A DNA stretch of 64,000 nt, from contig CBDCNQ010000002.1 in assembly GCA_965219445.1 (NCBI GenBank), positions 752,830 to 816,829 of the forward strand. The letters run 5' to 3'. The first letter of the stretch is position 1, and each line of letters begins with the position of its first letter. The translations under genes and the position numbers were made by a program. A model generated the notes under the pieces. The model saw nothing but the letters and a program-made list of their open reading frames with translations, searched no databases and was not told the origin of the DNA. This DNA comes from Longimicrobiales bacterium (GTDB lineage Bacteria > Gemmatimonadota > Gemmatimonadetes > Longimicrobiales > Gaopeijiaceae). Positions 36,641 to 45,526 of this stretch are shown piece by piece.

Positions 36641-37441
36641 TCAGCGGATCACCTGCCCGACCCGCTCCCACCGCACCGCCCGAAGCAACGAGACCCCTTC
36701 TTTGGCGGACAGGTCGTAGGAGAAGTAGAGCCGCCACGGCTGGCCTCGGATGGATCGCCGGTCCACGAAGCCCCAATACCGCGAGTCCTCGCTATTGTCC
36801 CGGTTGTCTCCAAGCACGAAGAAACTGCCCTCAGGGACTGAGATAGGACCCCAATTATCCCGTGACGGACGATAGTCGTCGTCGTCCCTGGCCGAACCCC
36901 GACCGTCCTCCAACCCACCATCGCTTTCCCCGTAAAGGAGAGCGGGACCGATCCCGCCGGACAATAGATAGTTTTGCTGCCACCTCATGTCCGAATGGGT
37001 CGCGTCACCACCACGATCTTTATGACGGACATATTTCTCCTGAATCTCACGCCCGTTCAGGCGGAGCGTCTTGCCCCTCATCTCCAACGTGTCGCCGGGC
37101 ACGCCCACCACCCGTTTGACGTAGTTCTTGAGCGGCTCATGGGGGGGGTGGAACACCACGACTTCGCCGCGCGTCGGCTCCCGCCATGCCGGCAGCCTCA
37201 GGCCCAGAAAAGGCACCTCGGCGCCATACACGGCCTTGTTGACGAGGAGGTAATCACCGACGAGGAGGGTCTCTTCCATCGAACCCGTGGGGATCTTGAA
37301 CGCCTCGACGACGAAGGCACGCACGCCCAAGAAAAGGAGCACCGCCATGATGACCGACCGCGCGCACGCCCAGGTGAGTCGGACATAGCCCGGCGCGCCC
37401 CCCGATGTGCCTCCGTTACCCCCTAACATTCTGAGCGGCAT
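36641..37441 (-). CDS. lepB: Signal peptidase I
   Basis: IPTGSMEETLLVGD (catalytic Ser), YVKRVVG (catalytic Lys), GDNRDNSEDSRYWG. Confidence 0.96.
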   Translation of the reverse strand: MPLRMLGGNGGTSGGAPGYVRLTWACARSVIMAVLLFLGVRAFVVEAFKIPTGSMEETLLVGDYLLVNKAVYGAEVPFLGLRLPAWREPTRGEVVVFHPPHEPLKNYVKRVVGVPGDTLEMRGKTLRLNGREIQEKYVRHKDRGGDATHSDMRWQQNYLLSGGIGPALLYGESDGGLEDGRGSARDDDDYRPSRDNWGPISVPEGSFFVLGDNRDNSEDSRYWGFVDRRSIRGQPWRLYFSYDLSAKEGVSLLRAVRWERVGQVIR

Positions 37442-37712
37442 CCTCTAAGAAAGCGATCCATGGCCAACCACCCGCTCGCGCGGCTCACCGCGAGGCGGGG
37501 TCGAGCACGGATACCCATTTCGGCAAACGTGGGTTCCAGGCGGAAAATGAGAAGCTTCCCCGTTCAGGGGTCCCGGTCATAGTGTTGAACAGGGGGTCGA
37601 GGTTCGCGGAAGAGAGAACGCTTCACCTGACGCGGGCGAAACCTTTCACCTGACATGGGAAGAAACATGGTGGCAAGACATTGGGCAGTCGGACGCATGG
37701 GTAGCGGATTCA

Positions 37713-38504
37713 GTGAGTAGAGTCCGGTCTCCGTTCTTGGTTCTGTTCGTGGCGATCGCCGCGGGCCTTCTGATGACTTGGCTTCAGGGTCGCTCTCCGG
37801 TGTCGGCCGCCAGCAGCGTGGACTCGGCCGCTCACCTGGCGAATTCCTGCTCGAAAGCCGAGGGGGACATGTGCGACGAAAGGGTGACCGTCCGACGCGC
37901 CGTCGATGAGGTGGTCCTCAGCTCCGCCTCGGTGTGTGTGGACATGGGATATCTCTGCGCCGATCTCGAAACGTCGGGTTCCCAGCGAATTCTCCGCTGG
38001 CCGGAGAACACGGGCCGCCTCCGGATCCGGGTTCCCCTCCCCCCCGGAGTGGCCCCTGAGCGCGCGAGGGATCTCCAGAGCGCCGCAGTGCGCGGAATAC
38101 AGTACTGGCAGGGGCGCCCCTTCGAGCTCGTGATCGACACCCACCCCACCCCCTCGCGCGAGGCCGACATAGACATCTCTTGGGGAGAGGGTCTCTCTGG
38201 ATCCCAACTCGGCCTAACGCAGGTCCGTTGGACTCTAGAAAAGGGTGAAGTCAGGTTCGAAGTTCTGGGGATCGCACTCGCCATGTTCAGTCCGAGCATC
38301 GCGAATTTCGAACTGGCCCCGCAGCAGATTCTGCTCACGGCGGCCCATGAGATGGGGCACGCCCTCGGGCTGCCGCACAGTGATTCCGAGCGTGACGTCA
38401 TGTATGCGACGAACACCGCCCGGAGCCTCTCCACCCGCGACTTTCGCACCGTCAATGCGCTCTACCGTCTGCCGAATGGAGCAGAGATAGTAAAAGAGCC
38501 CTAG
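37713..38504 (+). CDS. Matrixin-family (M10-like) zinc metalloprotease, exported or membrane-anchored
   Basis: HEMGHALGLPHS zinc motif plus Met-turn VMY; N-terminal hydrophobic segment. Confidence 0.88.
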   Translation: MSRVRSPFLVLFVAIAAGLLMTWLQGRSPVSAASSVDSAAHLANSCSKAEGDMCDERVTVRRAVDEVVLSSASVCVDMGYLCADLETSGSQRILRWPENTGRLRIRVPLPPGVAPERARDLQSAAVRGIQYWQGRPFELVIDTHPTPSREADIDISWGEGLSGSQLGLTQVRWTLEKGEVRFEVLGIALAMFSPSIANFELAPQQILLTAAHEMGHALGLPHSDSERDVMYATNTARSLSTRDFRTVNALYRLPNGAEIVKEP

Positions 38505-38556
38505 GCCAGAGCACTAGAACCCTAGGCCGGATCACTAGAACCTAGGCCAGATCACT
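38499..38556. repeat. About 21-bp tandem direct repeat (3 copies) between convergent genes
   Basis: ccctaggccagagcactagaa / ccctaggccggatcactagaa / cctaggccagatcact. Confidence 0.9.
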
Positions 38557-39913
38557 CCTCCCGGCTGAGCCCGTACTTCTCGATCTTCTTGTACAGGTTC
38601 GACCGCGGCATATCGATCTGGCGGGCCGTCTCGCTCACATTCCAGTCGTTCACGTGAAGCTTGTGCGCGATGAACGCCATCTCGGCGTTCTCCTTGAACT
38701 CGCTGAACGCCTCGACGTTGAGAAGAGTGGCACCGAGCGCGTCCCCGCTGGCCGTACCGGCAACCAGAGCGTCCACATCCTCCTCACGAACAGCCTCGCC
38801 CGGCGAAAGAATCAAGAGCCGTTCTACCGTATTCCTGAGTTCGCGGACGTTTCCTGGCCAATCGAGGGCCTCGAGCCGCTTCATCGCTCCGTCCTCGATC
38901 GTCTTGGGCGGTCCATGGTTCGAAAGAACGGCCTGCGAGACGAAATACGTGACCAGCGGTCGAATGTCCTCCCGCCGCTCGCGGAGTGGAGGCACGACGA
39001 GCGGAACCACATTGAGCCTGTAGAAAAGATCCTCGCGAAACCGGCCTTCGGTGATCTCTTTCGACAAATCCTTGTTCGTTGCCGCGAACACCCGCACGTC
39101 CACGGTGATGGCCTTGGACCCCCCCACCCGCGTAACGACCCCCTCTTCGAGCGCCCTCAGCACCTTGGCCTGGGCATCCAAGGACATGTCGCCGACTTCA
39201 TCGAGAAAGAGGGTTCCGTCTTGAGCTTGCTCGAACTTTCCCGCATGGTCGGCGACCGCCCCCGTGAAGGAACCCTTCATGTGGCCGAACAGCTCCGACT
39301 CGATCAGCTCGGAGGGGATCGCCGCACAGTTGACCTCGATGAAGGACCCGTCGCGCCTCGACGAAGAGTGATGGAGGGCACGGGCGACGAGCTCCTTTCC
39401 GGTACCATTCTCACCGGTGATGAGCACTCGCGCATCCGTAGGTGCCACCCTATCGATGCGCTCCATGACATCGCGCATGGTCTGCGATGCACCCACGATC
39501 TCGTGCCGAGTGCCGACTTCGCTTCGGAGCATCTCGACACTCTCGGTGAGCCCCCGAAGTTCGAGGACGTTGCGAAGAGTCACGAGCAGCCGGCCCGTGT
39601 CCAAGGGCTTCTCGATAAAATCGAACGCCCCCTTCTGCGTTGCCTCGACGGCCGTATCGATCGTTCCGTGACCGCTGATCATGACCACAGCCGCGTTCGC
39701 GTCGAGATTGCGGATCCGGGAAAGCACCTCGAGGCCGTCGAGACCGGACATCTTCACGTCCAGGAACGTGACGTGTGGGCGGAAGGACTCGAAAAACTCC
39801 AGGGCTTCGGGCCCGTCTTCCGCCGTCACCACCTCATGGTCCTCGTATTCGAAAACCTGCCTCAGCGCACCGCGGATCGATTCTTCGTCATCGACGATCA
39901 GAATTCGGGGCAT
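38552..39913 (-). CDS. NtrC/NtrX-family response regulator (REC-AAA+-HTH)
   Basis: ILIVDDE, GENGTGKE, ESELFGHMKGSFTGA, FLDEV, WPGNVREL, Fis-type HTH. Confidence 0.94.
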   Translation of the reverse strand: MPRILIVDDEESIRGALRQVFEYEDHEVVTAEDGPEALEFFESFRPHVTFLDVKMSGLDGLEVLSRIRNLDANAAVVMISGHGTIDTAVEATQKGAFDFIEKPLDTGRLLVTLRNVLELRGLTESVEMLRSEVGTRHEIVGASQTMRDVMERIDRVAPTDARVLITGENGTGKELVARALHHSSSRRDGSFIEVNCAAIPSELIESELFGHMKGSFTGAVADHAGKFEQAQDGTLFLDEVGDMSLDAQAKVLRALEEGVVTRVGGSKAITVDVRVFAATNKDLSKEITEGRFREDLFYRLNVVPLVVPPLRERREDIRPLVTYFVSQAVLSNHGPPKTIEDGAMKRLEALDWPGNVRELRNTVERLLILSPGEAVREEDVDALVAGTASGDALGATLLNVEAFSEFKENAEMAFIAHKLHVNDWNVSETARQIDMPRSNLYKKIEKYGLSREE

Positions 39914-39935
39914 GTCTTCACCGTGATCCGGGAGC

Positions 39936-40601
39936 TCAACCGTCCCGCACGAGGATCAGGCGGTCGCGAAGCACGTGCGCCGACCCCACCCCATTGGGCA
40001 GGGGAAACGCCAGCGCATCCTCAGGGAGCCCGTCAACGTGCCTTCGGCCCAAGGCCGTCAAGATCTTGGGGGTCATCCCGTCGGGGAGCGGCACTGGAAT
40101 GAAGGAAGCGCGCACCCCGTGAACGACGAGAGCAATCCCGTCGTCGTCGAGGGGAGACAAGGCGCCTTCAACCGCAACGGTCACCGTGTCAGGGAGGAAG
40201 CCCAGTATCCCATCGACGGTGGGCAGTCCGGGGAAGGCCTCGACCGCGATACGAGCGCTCAGTGACACGACTCCGTCTCGGAACTCCACGACCGGATTCG
40301 AAAGGCCCCCTGGAACCATCCCGGGGGCGGAGTACCGAATCACGGCAACGACCTCTGCGTCGCTCAGACTGAGCTGGTCCCCACTTTCTCCGCGGCGAAA
40401 GCGCTCGAAGCGATCCAGAGCGGCGTCGGCCAACTCCGGAGACGGTAAGACCTCCACCGTCGCCTCCTCCTCGGCGAACCAACCCTGCACGCTTGGGAAT
40501 ACCGCCGGCCCCCACCTCCACCCAGCGAAGGCCGCAGCGATAAGCAGACCGAAGAGCCACGCCTTTCCCAGGCACCCCTTGAGACAGCCTGATCCGATCA
40601 C
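39936..40601 (-). CDS. Hypothetical membrane-anchored protein
   Basis: GCLKGCLG followed by a TM segment; fills the gap between co-oriented genes. Confidence 0.65.
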   Translation of the reverse strand: MIGSGCLKGCLGKAWLFGLLIAAAFAGWRWGPAVFPSVQGWFAEEEATVEVLPSPELADAALDRFERFRRGESGDQLSLSDAEVVAVIRYSAPGMVPGGLSNPVVEFRDGVVSLSARIAVEAFPGLPTVDGILGFLPDTVTVAVEGALSPLDDDGIALVVHGVRASFIPVPLPDGMTPKILTALGRRHVDGLPEDALAFPLPNGVGSAHVLRDRLILVRDG

Positions 40602-40604
40602 CGC

Positions 40605-41168
40605 TCAGCCCTCGAGCGCGGTACGGTGCTGCAGGGTATACCGAGCGGCCCCACCCTTTGAAAGTTGACTCCGCATCAGATCGAGCTTCCGTACCTTTAC
40701 CTGCCCCGAGTAGGTCAGGTTCGCGGCCTTGTCATCCAGACCGCGGAAGGCTCCGGCGCCGTCGTTCGCATCGGCTCGGCCAAGTGTGAGATGCGGATGG
40801 AACGCCCTCGTTTCACGCTCGAAGCCGCAATCCATCAGGGCCCATTCGACGTCCTGCTTCAGGCACCGCAGAGCCGGACTGGGATCGATGCCGACCCAGA
40901 TCACCCGAGGGCGGCGGATGGTCGGAAAGGCGCCAAAACCCTCTACCGCCAAATCGAGATGAGCCGTGGTCAGGGCCACGTGATCGAGCGCTTCTTGAAC
41001 CTCCTCCATACGGTCGTCCGCGACCTCGCCGAGAAACTTCAGGGTCACGTGGAAGTGCTCCGGCTCCACCCAGCGGACGGGAAGCTCGCATTCCCGGAGG
41101 ATTTTGGAAGCCCGGTAGATTCGGTCACGCTCTTTCTTGGGAAGGTTCAGTGCGACGAAGAGACGCAT
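40605..41168 (-). CDS. thpR: RNA 2',3'-cyclic phosphodiesterase (2H family, LigT)
   Basis: MRLFVAL...HVTLKFLG...FHPHLTLGR, two HxT motifs; start 41168. Confidence 0.93.
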   Translation of the reverse strand: MRLFVALNLPKKERDRIYRASKILRECELPVRWVEPEHFHVTLKFLGEVADDRMEEVQEALDHVALTTAHLDLAVEGFGAFPTIRRPRVIWVGIDPSPALRCLKQDVEWALMDCGFERETRAFHPHLTLGRADANDGAGAFRGLDDKAANLTYSGQVKVRKLDLMRSQLSKGGAARYTLQHRTALEG

Positions 41169-41276
41169 AGCCGGAACGCAGAATCCGAGGAAGAGGTCGT
41201 GCACATGGCCAAAAACTACCGGGATGGAGCGAAGCTTACAACCGGGCACGTCGCCTGGTCGCACCGCTGGAACCGC

Positions 41277-42293
41277 TCAGAGTAATCCGCGTTCTTCCAC
41301 TAACTCCCGGCGAGTTCGGACTGGGGGGCCGGCCGCAGGCTGGGGCTGGCGCTCGAGGCCCACGAGCCGCTGAGTCGGGTACGCCAACTCGATGTCCGGC
41401 TCGCTGGACACGATGTCGAGAACGCCCTCCCAGAGCGTCTCGTCGAAGGCCCTGCGCCGCCGCGGATCCGTAAGAAAACGCATCGACAAGCAGATCCCGT
41501 GGTCCAGAACCGAGGTATAGACGGTCGCCGTCACGGTCCCGTATGAAATCAACATGCGGCTCGGTCGCTTCCGCAAGAACTCGGCGGCCCTCTGGCTCAT
41601 CTCCACACTCGCCTCGGTTACCATTTCCAGCAGACGCGTCTTGGCCGTACGCCAGTCGCTCTCGAACGTGAACACCACCGGCACCTCGTGCCACAGGAAC
41701 GGAAACTCCGACGTGTAGTTCGCGATCGGATCGGTCAGGATCTTCGCGTTCGGGACTCGAATCAGTCGTCCCGTACTCTGGTCGCTGTCCACCCAGTTGC
41801 CGATCTCCAAGATATGGAAATGCAGGACCGATACGTCCACCACGTCGCCAGAGTGATCACCAATCTGGATCCGGTCGCCGACCTCGAACGGGGGCTTCGT
41901 GATCAGAATCAGCCAGCCGGCGATGTCCACGAGCACATCCTTCAGCGCGATCGCCACACCGGCGGACACCAACCCCAAGAAGGTGCCGACCTGAGAAAGA
42001 CCGTCGACCCAAATGCCGATGAGGAAAAGCGTCGCGAGTCCCGTGGTCAGGTAGGCGAGCGTCTTCCTCCACCGGTACTGCACGACACGATTTTCCACGG
42101 TCCGGGCAATGACCTGCCGGCCAACTCTGCGGATTAGCCACGCGCCAAACAGGACACCGAACGTCAGCCCGATTTCTCGCCACGGCAGAGCGTCGAACGC
42201 GGAAATTCCTTGTAGAAGGCCCGTTCCCTGCACGAGCGTGCTGGAGAGCACGGCCCCGGTAGGAATGACGAACGAGAATCCCAGCGTGATCAT
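41277..42293 (-). CDS. Small-conductance mechanosensitive channel (MscS family)
   Basis: LGLVSAGVAIALKD...PFEVGDRIQIG...GDVVD...RVPNAK...NY. Confidence 0.9.
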   Translation of the reverse strand: MITLGFSFVIPTGAVLSSTLVQGTGLLQGISAFDALPWREIGLTFGVLFGAWLIRRVGRQVIARTVENRVVQYRWRKTLAYLTTGLATLFLIGIWVDGLSQVGTFLGLVSAGVAIALKDVLVDIAGWLILITKPPFEVGDRIQIGDHSGDVVDVSVLHFHILEIGNWVDSDQSTGRLIRVPNAKILTDPIANYTSEFPFLWHEVPVVFTFESDWRTAKTRLLEMVTEASVEMSQRAAEFLRKRPSRMLISYGTVTATVYTSVLDHGICLSMRFLTDPRRRRAFDETLWEGVLDIVSSEPDIELAYPTQRLVGLERQPQPAAGPPVRTRRELVEERGLL

Positions 42294-42453
42294 GGCCCTT
42301 TCGATACCTGTGGCGTTTGCCGAAAAAGTGGCCGCCTGAATGACGAAACCACGTGATTGATGGCCCTGTTCAAATCACGTGATCATGGGTGGTAAACGCA
42401 AGGTTTTACCGCGCGGACAGCAATCGGACCTGCGTCGAGCGTGTGCACGTCAG

Positions 42454-43077
42454 TCAGCCCCGTGGGGCCGATCGCCCTAGTCGCGGCAAAACGAACGTCC
42501 GTACGCCCTCCAAGGTGCTCGAGATCGGGATACTGTCCGGCAATCCGGGGATCTCCTGATCTGATTCGACGAAGGCTATGACCGGACGTTCGTACCTGAC
42601 CGCGAGCCTGACTTCGCTAAGGGTTCCCGCATCTCCAGATAGAGCCACGATTACATCCGATGTAAGGACGTTGATATGGTTTCGCGACATGGGGTCCGTG
42701 CCACGTTCACCACTCAAGGGAAGATGCGTCAGGACCGGAATCTCGACCCATTGGTTCGGATACCCGTCTTTTGGGGTCGGATACCCGTCCTTGGGGGTCG
42801 GATGCTCGTCTCGGGGGGTCGGATGCCCGTCTTTGGGGGTCGGATAACGGTCCTTCGGTTTTTTCAGCGACTCATCGCAGGGAAGAATGCCGATGACCAG
42901 CCCCTGGCGGTTGGGAGTGTCGTAGAACGACTTGCTGACGGCCGCCATTACACCGCCTCCGCCTCCGGTCAGCAGGTGAACTCCAGACTCCGCCAACCAG
43001 CGACCCAGAGCTGAGGCGCGTTCCAACTGGGGCCTGCTACCGGATCCCATGACGCCGACGATGGGCAGGCGGGTCAT
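42454..43077 (-). CDS. LOG-family / TIGR00725-like Rossmann-fold nucleotide-binding protein with repeat insertion
   Basis: IVGVMGSG, LLTGGGGGVMAAV, IGILP, SRNHINVLTSD, GTLSE. Confidence 0.82.
   Translation of the reverse strand: MTRLPIVGVMGSGSRPQLERASALGRWLAESGVHLLTGGGGGVMAAVSKSFYDTPNRQGLVIGILPCDESLKKPKDRYPTPKDGHPTPRDEHPTPKDGYPTPKDGYPNQWVEIPVLTHLPLSGERGTDPMSRNHINVLTSDVIVALSGDAGTLSEVRLAVRYERPVIAFVESDQEIPGLPDSIPISSTLEGVRTFVLPRLGRSAPRG
42757..42861. repeat. 5 x 21-bp in-frame tandem repeat
   Basis: cggatacccgtcttttggggt-like units at 42757, 42778, 42799, 42820 and 42841, encoding KPKDRYP/TPKDGHP/TPRDEHP/TPKDGYP/TPKDGYP. Confidence 0.95.
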
Positions 43078-43126
43078 GGGAGGATGGGTAGGCAGGTCAC
43101 GTTGACGATGGGCAGGTGGCTCACGG
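43057..43126. repeat. Degenerate triplication of the LOG-family gene start
   Basis: Minus strand reads gtgagccacctgcccatcgtc / gtgacctgcctacccatcctc / atgacccgcctgcccatcgtc (VSHLPIV / VTCLPIL / MTRLPIV). Confidence 0.75.
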
Positions 43127-43167
43127 ACTGATGGCCACGCCTCCGACGAAGACGCGAAGCCTACGGG

Positions 43168-43566
43168 TCAATTGTCCACCCGCTCCCTCAGCACCTCGGC
43201 CATGTCGGTGGCGATCTGGACAGCCTCACTCACCGGAAGCTGATGCTCGCGGTCGAGCCGGTCCTTGAGTGTGTCGCCTTCCACGTAGGGCATCACGTAG
43301 AAGAGGAAGTCGTCGGCCTCGCCGGAGTCGAAGAGCGGGAGGATATTGGGATGTTGGAGGTTGGCGGTGACCTCGATCTCGGCCAGGAAGCGCTCGGCCC
43401 CGACAAGCACGGCCAATTCCGGCTTCAAGACCTTGAGCGCCACGTTTCGGTGGTGCTTCAGATCCTCGGCCCGGTACACGGTGGCCATGCCGCCTTCGCC
43501 CAGCTCGCGCTCGATGCGGTAGCGGCCCTTGAGGGCGGCGTTCAGACGGGTGACGGCATCCGACAT
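43168..43566 (-). pseudogene. Truncated Hanks-type Ser/Thr kinase (N-lobe only)
   Basis: YRIERELGEGGMATVY, VALKVL, FLAEI, HPNILPLFDSG, VMPYVEG, then a stop at 132 aa, before the HRD and DFG motifs. Confidence 0.85.
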
Positions 43567-43631
43567 AGCAGACAAGATGTGTCTAAGGCGTGTGGGGTTG
43601 CAAGCTCCTCTGCCCCTGCCCCCGGCGGTTG

Positions 43632-43653
43632 CCCAGTTTCCGCGGAAACTGGG
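43632..43653. other. Perfect 22-bp palindrome
   Basis: CCCAGTTTCCGCGGAAACTGGG equals its own reverse complement. Confidence 0.85.
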
Positions 43654-43813
43654 ATCACTCTTAGGCCGCGTGCTCGACGCGGACACGGGGCTCCACGGCC
43701 AACGACCGGCTCCAGGAGCGAAGCGCGAGGCACGTCCCAGACCACCTCCAGAGCGCTGCTCCAGATCTGTCAATGGTTGGATGGGACGGATGGATGTGCG
43801 GGTGAGCTGCCGT

Positions 43814-45349
43814 TCACCCCACCCGGGAGCGATCGAGTAAGCGGTATTGGATGGCCTCCCCGACGTGGTGGGAATTCAGGCGATTTGCCCCCTCCAAATC
43901 GGCGATGGTCCTCGCCACCTTGACCACCCGATCGTGTGCCCGTGCCGAAAGTGCCAAGCGGGTCATGGCCTGGCGCAAAATCCGCGCGGGCGCATCGTCC
44001 AGGGGGCACCAACGTCGGATCTCTCGGGACCTCATATGGCTGTTCGCCCATACTTCGGTGACACGACGAAAACGTTGGTGCTGTCGCTCACGAGCGGCCG
44101 CAACACGGGCCCGGACGGCGTCGCTCGGCTCCGCGGGACCAACCGCCCTCAGGTCCTCGACCGGAACGGCGGGCACCTCGATGTGGAGATCTATGCGGTC
44201 CAACAGGGGGCCCGAGACGCGGGAACGATACCGGGCCACGGCCGCAGGATCGCACGTACACCGGTCTCCTTCGGCACCGTACAGCCCGCAGGCACACGGA
44301 TTCATGGCGGCGGCGAGCATGAATCGCGCGGGATACCGAAGTGTAATCCGTGCCCGCGAGTGGCTCACGACGCCGTCCTCCATCGGTTGCCGAAGCGCCT
44401 CCAGAACCGACCGCCGATACTCCGGAAGCTCGTCGAGGAACAGCACGCCGTTGTGGGCGAGGCTCACCTCGCCGGGTCGTGGAATCGCCCCGCCTCCGAC
44501 GAGCCCGGCATCGCTCGCTGTGTGATGGGGCGCGCGGAACGGACGCTCCGCGACGAGCGTGCCCCCCGCAGGAACCAGGCCCGCGACCGAATGGATCTTG
44601 GTGATGTCGATCGACTCGGCCACCGTAAGCGGGGGGAGAATCCCGGGGAGTCGCCGGGCCATCATCGTCTTTCCAGATCCGGGGGGGCCGATCAACAGGA
44701 GGTTATGACCCCCCGCCGCCGCGATCTCGAGCGCTCTCTTCGCGAACTGCTGTCCACGCACGTCACAAAGATCGGGTTGCCGCGTCGGGGGACGATCGAG
44801 GAGGCTGAGCGTGTCGAGTCGCGTCGGAGCGATGGTGTTCCCCGCTGAGAGGTGCTCCAAAACCTCGCCTAGGGTCTCGCCACCAAGGACCTCCACCCCT
44901 TCGACCGCTCCGGCCTCTCGGGCATTCGCCCTGGGTAGTAGAAGCTTCGTCACACCCCGAGCGCGGCACCCCGCGGCGATCGGCAGCCCTCCACGGATCG
45001 GCCTCAGGCGTCCGTCCAGTCCGAGTTCACCGACCAGACAGACGCCGTCTACCCTCTCCTGCGGCACCACGCCCATGCCGATCAGGACCGCCACGGCTAT
45101 CGGGAGATCGAAGGCGCTTCCCTCCTTGGGCACATCGGCTGGAGCGAGGTTGACGGTAATCCGTCGGTGAGGGACCGGATGGCCCACGTTGCTCAGGGCG
45201 GCAGTGACCCGTTCCCTACCCTCTCGAACCGCGCCATGGGGCAGGCCGACAACAACGAACGAGGGGAGACCCACCGAGATGTTGACCTCCACCGACACCG
45301 CATGGCTCTCGACTCCGGCGACCGAAGCCGAGCCGACCTGCGCCAGCAT
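43814..45349 (-). CDS. comM: YifB/ComM family Mg-chelatase-like AAA+ ATPase
   Basis: VVGLP...ITVNLAPAD...FDLPIA, GPPGSGKT, PFRAPHH, GEVSLAHNGVLFLDELPE, NPCACG, SGPLLDRID. Confidence 0.95.
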   Translation of the reverse strand: MLAQVGSASVAGVESHAVSVEVNISVGLPSFVVVGLPHGAVREGRERVTAALSNVGHPVPHRRITVNLAPADVPKEGSAFDLPIAVAVLIGMGVVPQERVDGVCLVGELGLDGRLRPIRGGLPIAAGCRARGVTKLLLPRANAREAGAVEGVEVLGGETLGEVLEHLSAGNTIAPTRLDTLSLLDRPPTRQPDLCDVRGQQFAKRALEIAAAGGHNLLLIGPPGSGKTMMARRLPGILPPLTVAESIDITKIHSVAGLVPAGGTLVAERPFRAPHHTASDAGLVGGGAIPRPGEVSLAHNGVLFLDELPEYRRSVLEALRQPMEDGVVSHSRARITLRYPARFMLAAAMNPCACGLYGAEGDRCTCDPAAVARYRSRVSGPLLDRIDLHIEVPAVPVEDLRAVGPAEPSDAVRARVAAARERQHQRFRRVTEVWANSHMRSREIRRWCPLDDAPARILRQAMTRLALSARAHDRVVKVARTIADLEGANRLNSHHVGEAIQYRLLDRSRVG

Positions 45350-45526
45350 GAACTCCTCCTGTACGGGGCGAACGTCCCCGGAGGGGGCACGTCGGTCCTA
45401 TGCTGACCGAGGCCGTGGGGCTGGTCCATGTCCGGACGGGACCCGGGGTGCTAGCGAGTGATGTCGACAAGCCAAACGCGGGTCGGGCAGCCCGACGCTC
45501 CGGCGACTCCGTCCTCCCTGCTCGCC

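Noticed and set aside
37442..37712. Known riboswitch, 6S RNA or tRNA in the lepB-matrixin spacer
   Set aside because: No recognisable consensus by eye; retained only as an unexplained structured region
38654..40102. 482-aa plus-strand ORF and other long antisense ORFs (e.g. 6311-7345, 10187-11212, 43847-44848)
   Set aside because: Shadow ORFs opposite well-supported genes in GC-rich DNA, with no recognisable motifs
42757..42861. Repeat arrays considered as CRISPR (also 38499-38556 and 7571-7690)
   Set aside because: Units are directly adjacent with no unique spacers, two arrays are in-frame coding, and there are no cas genes
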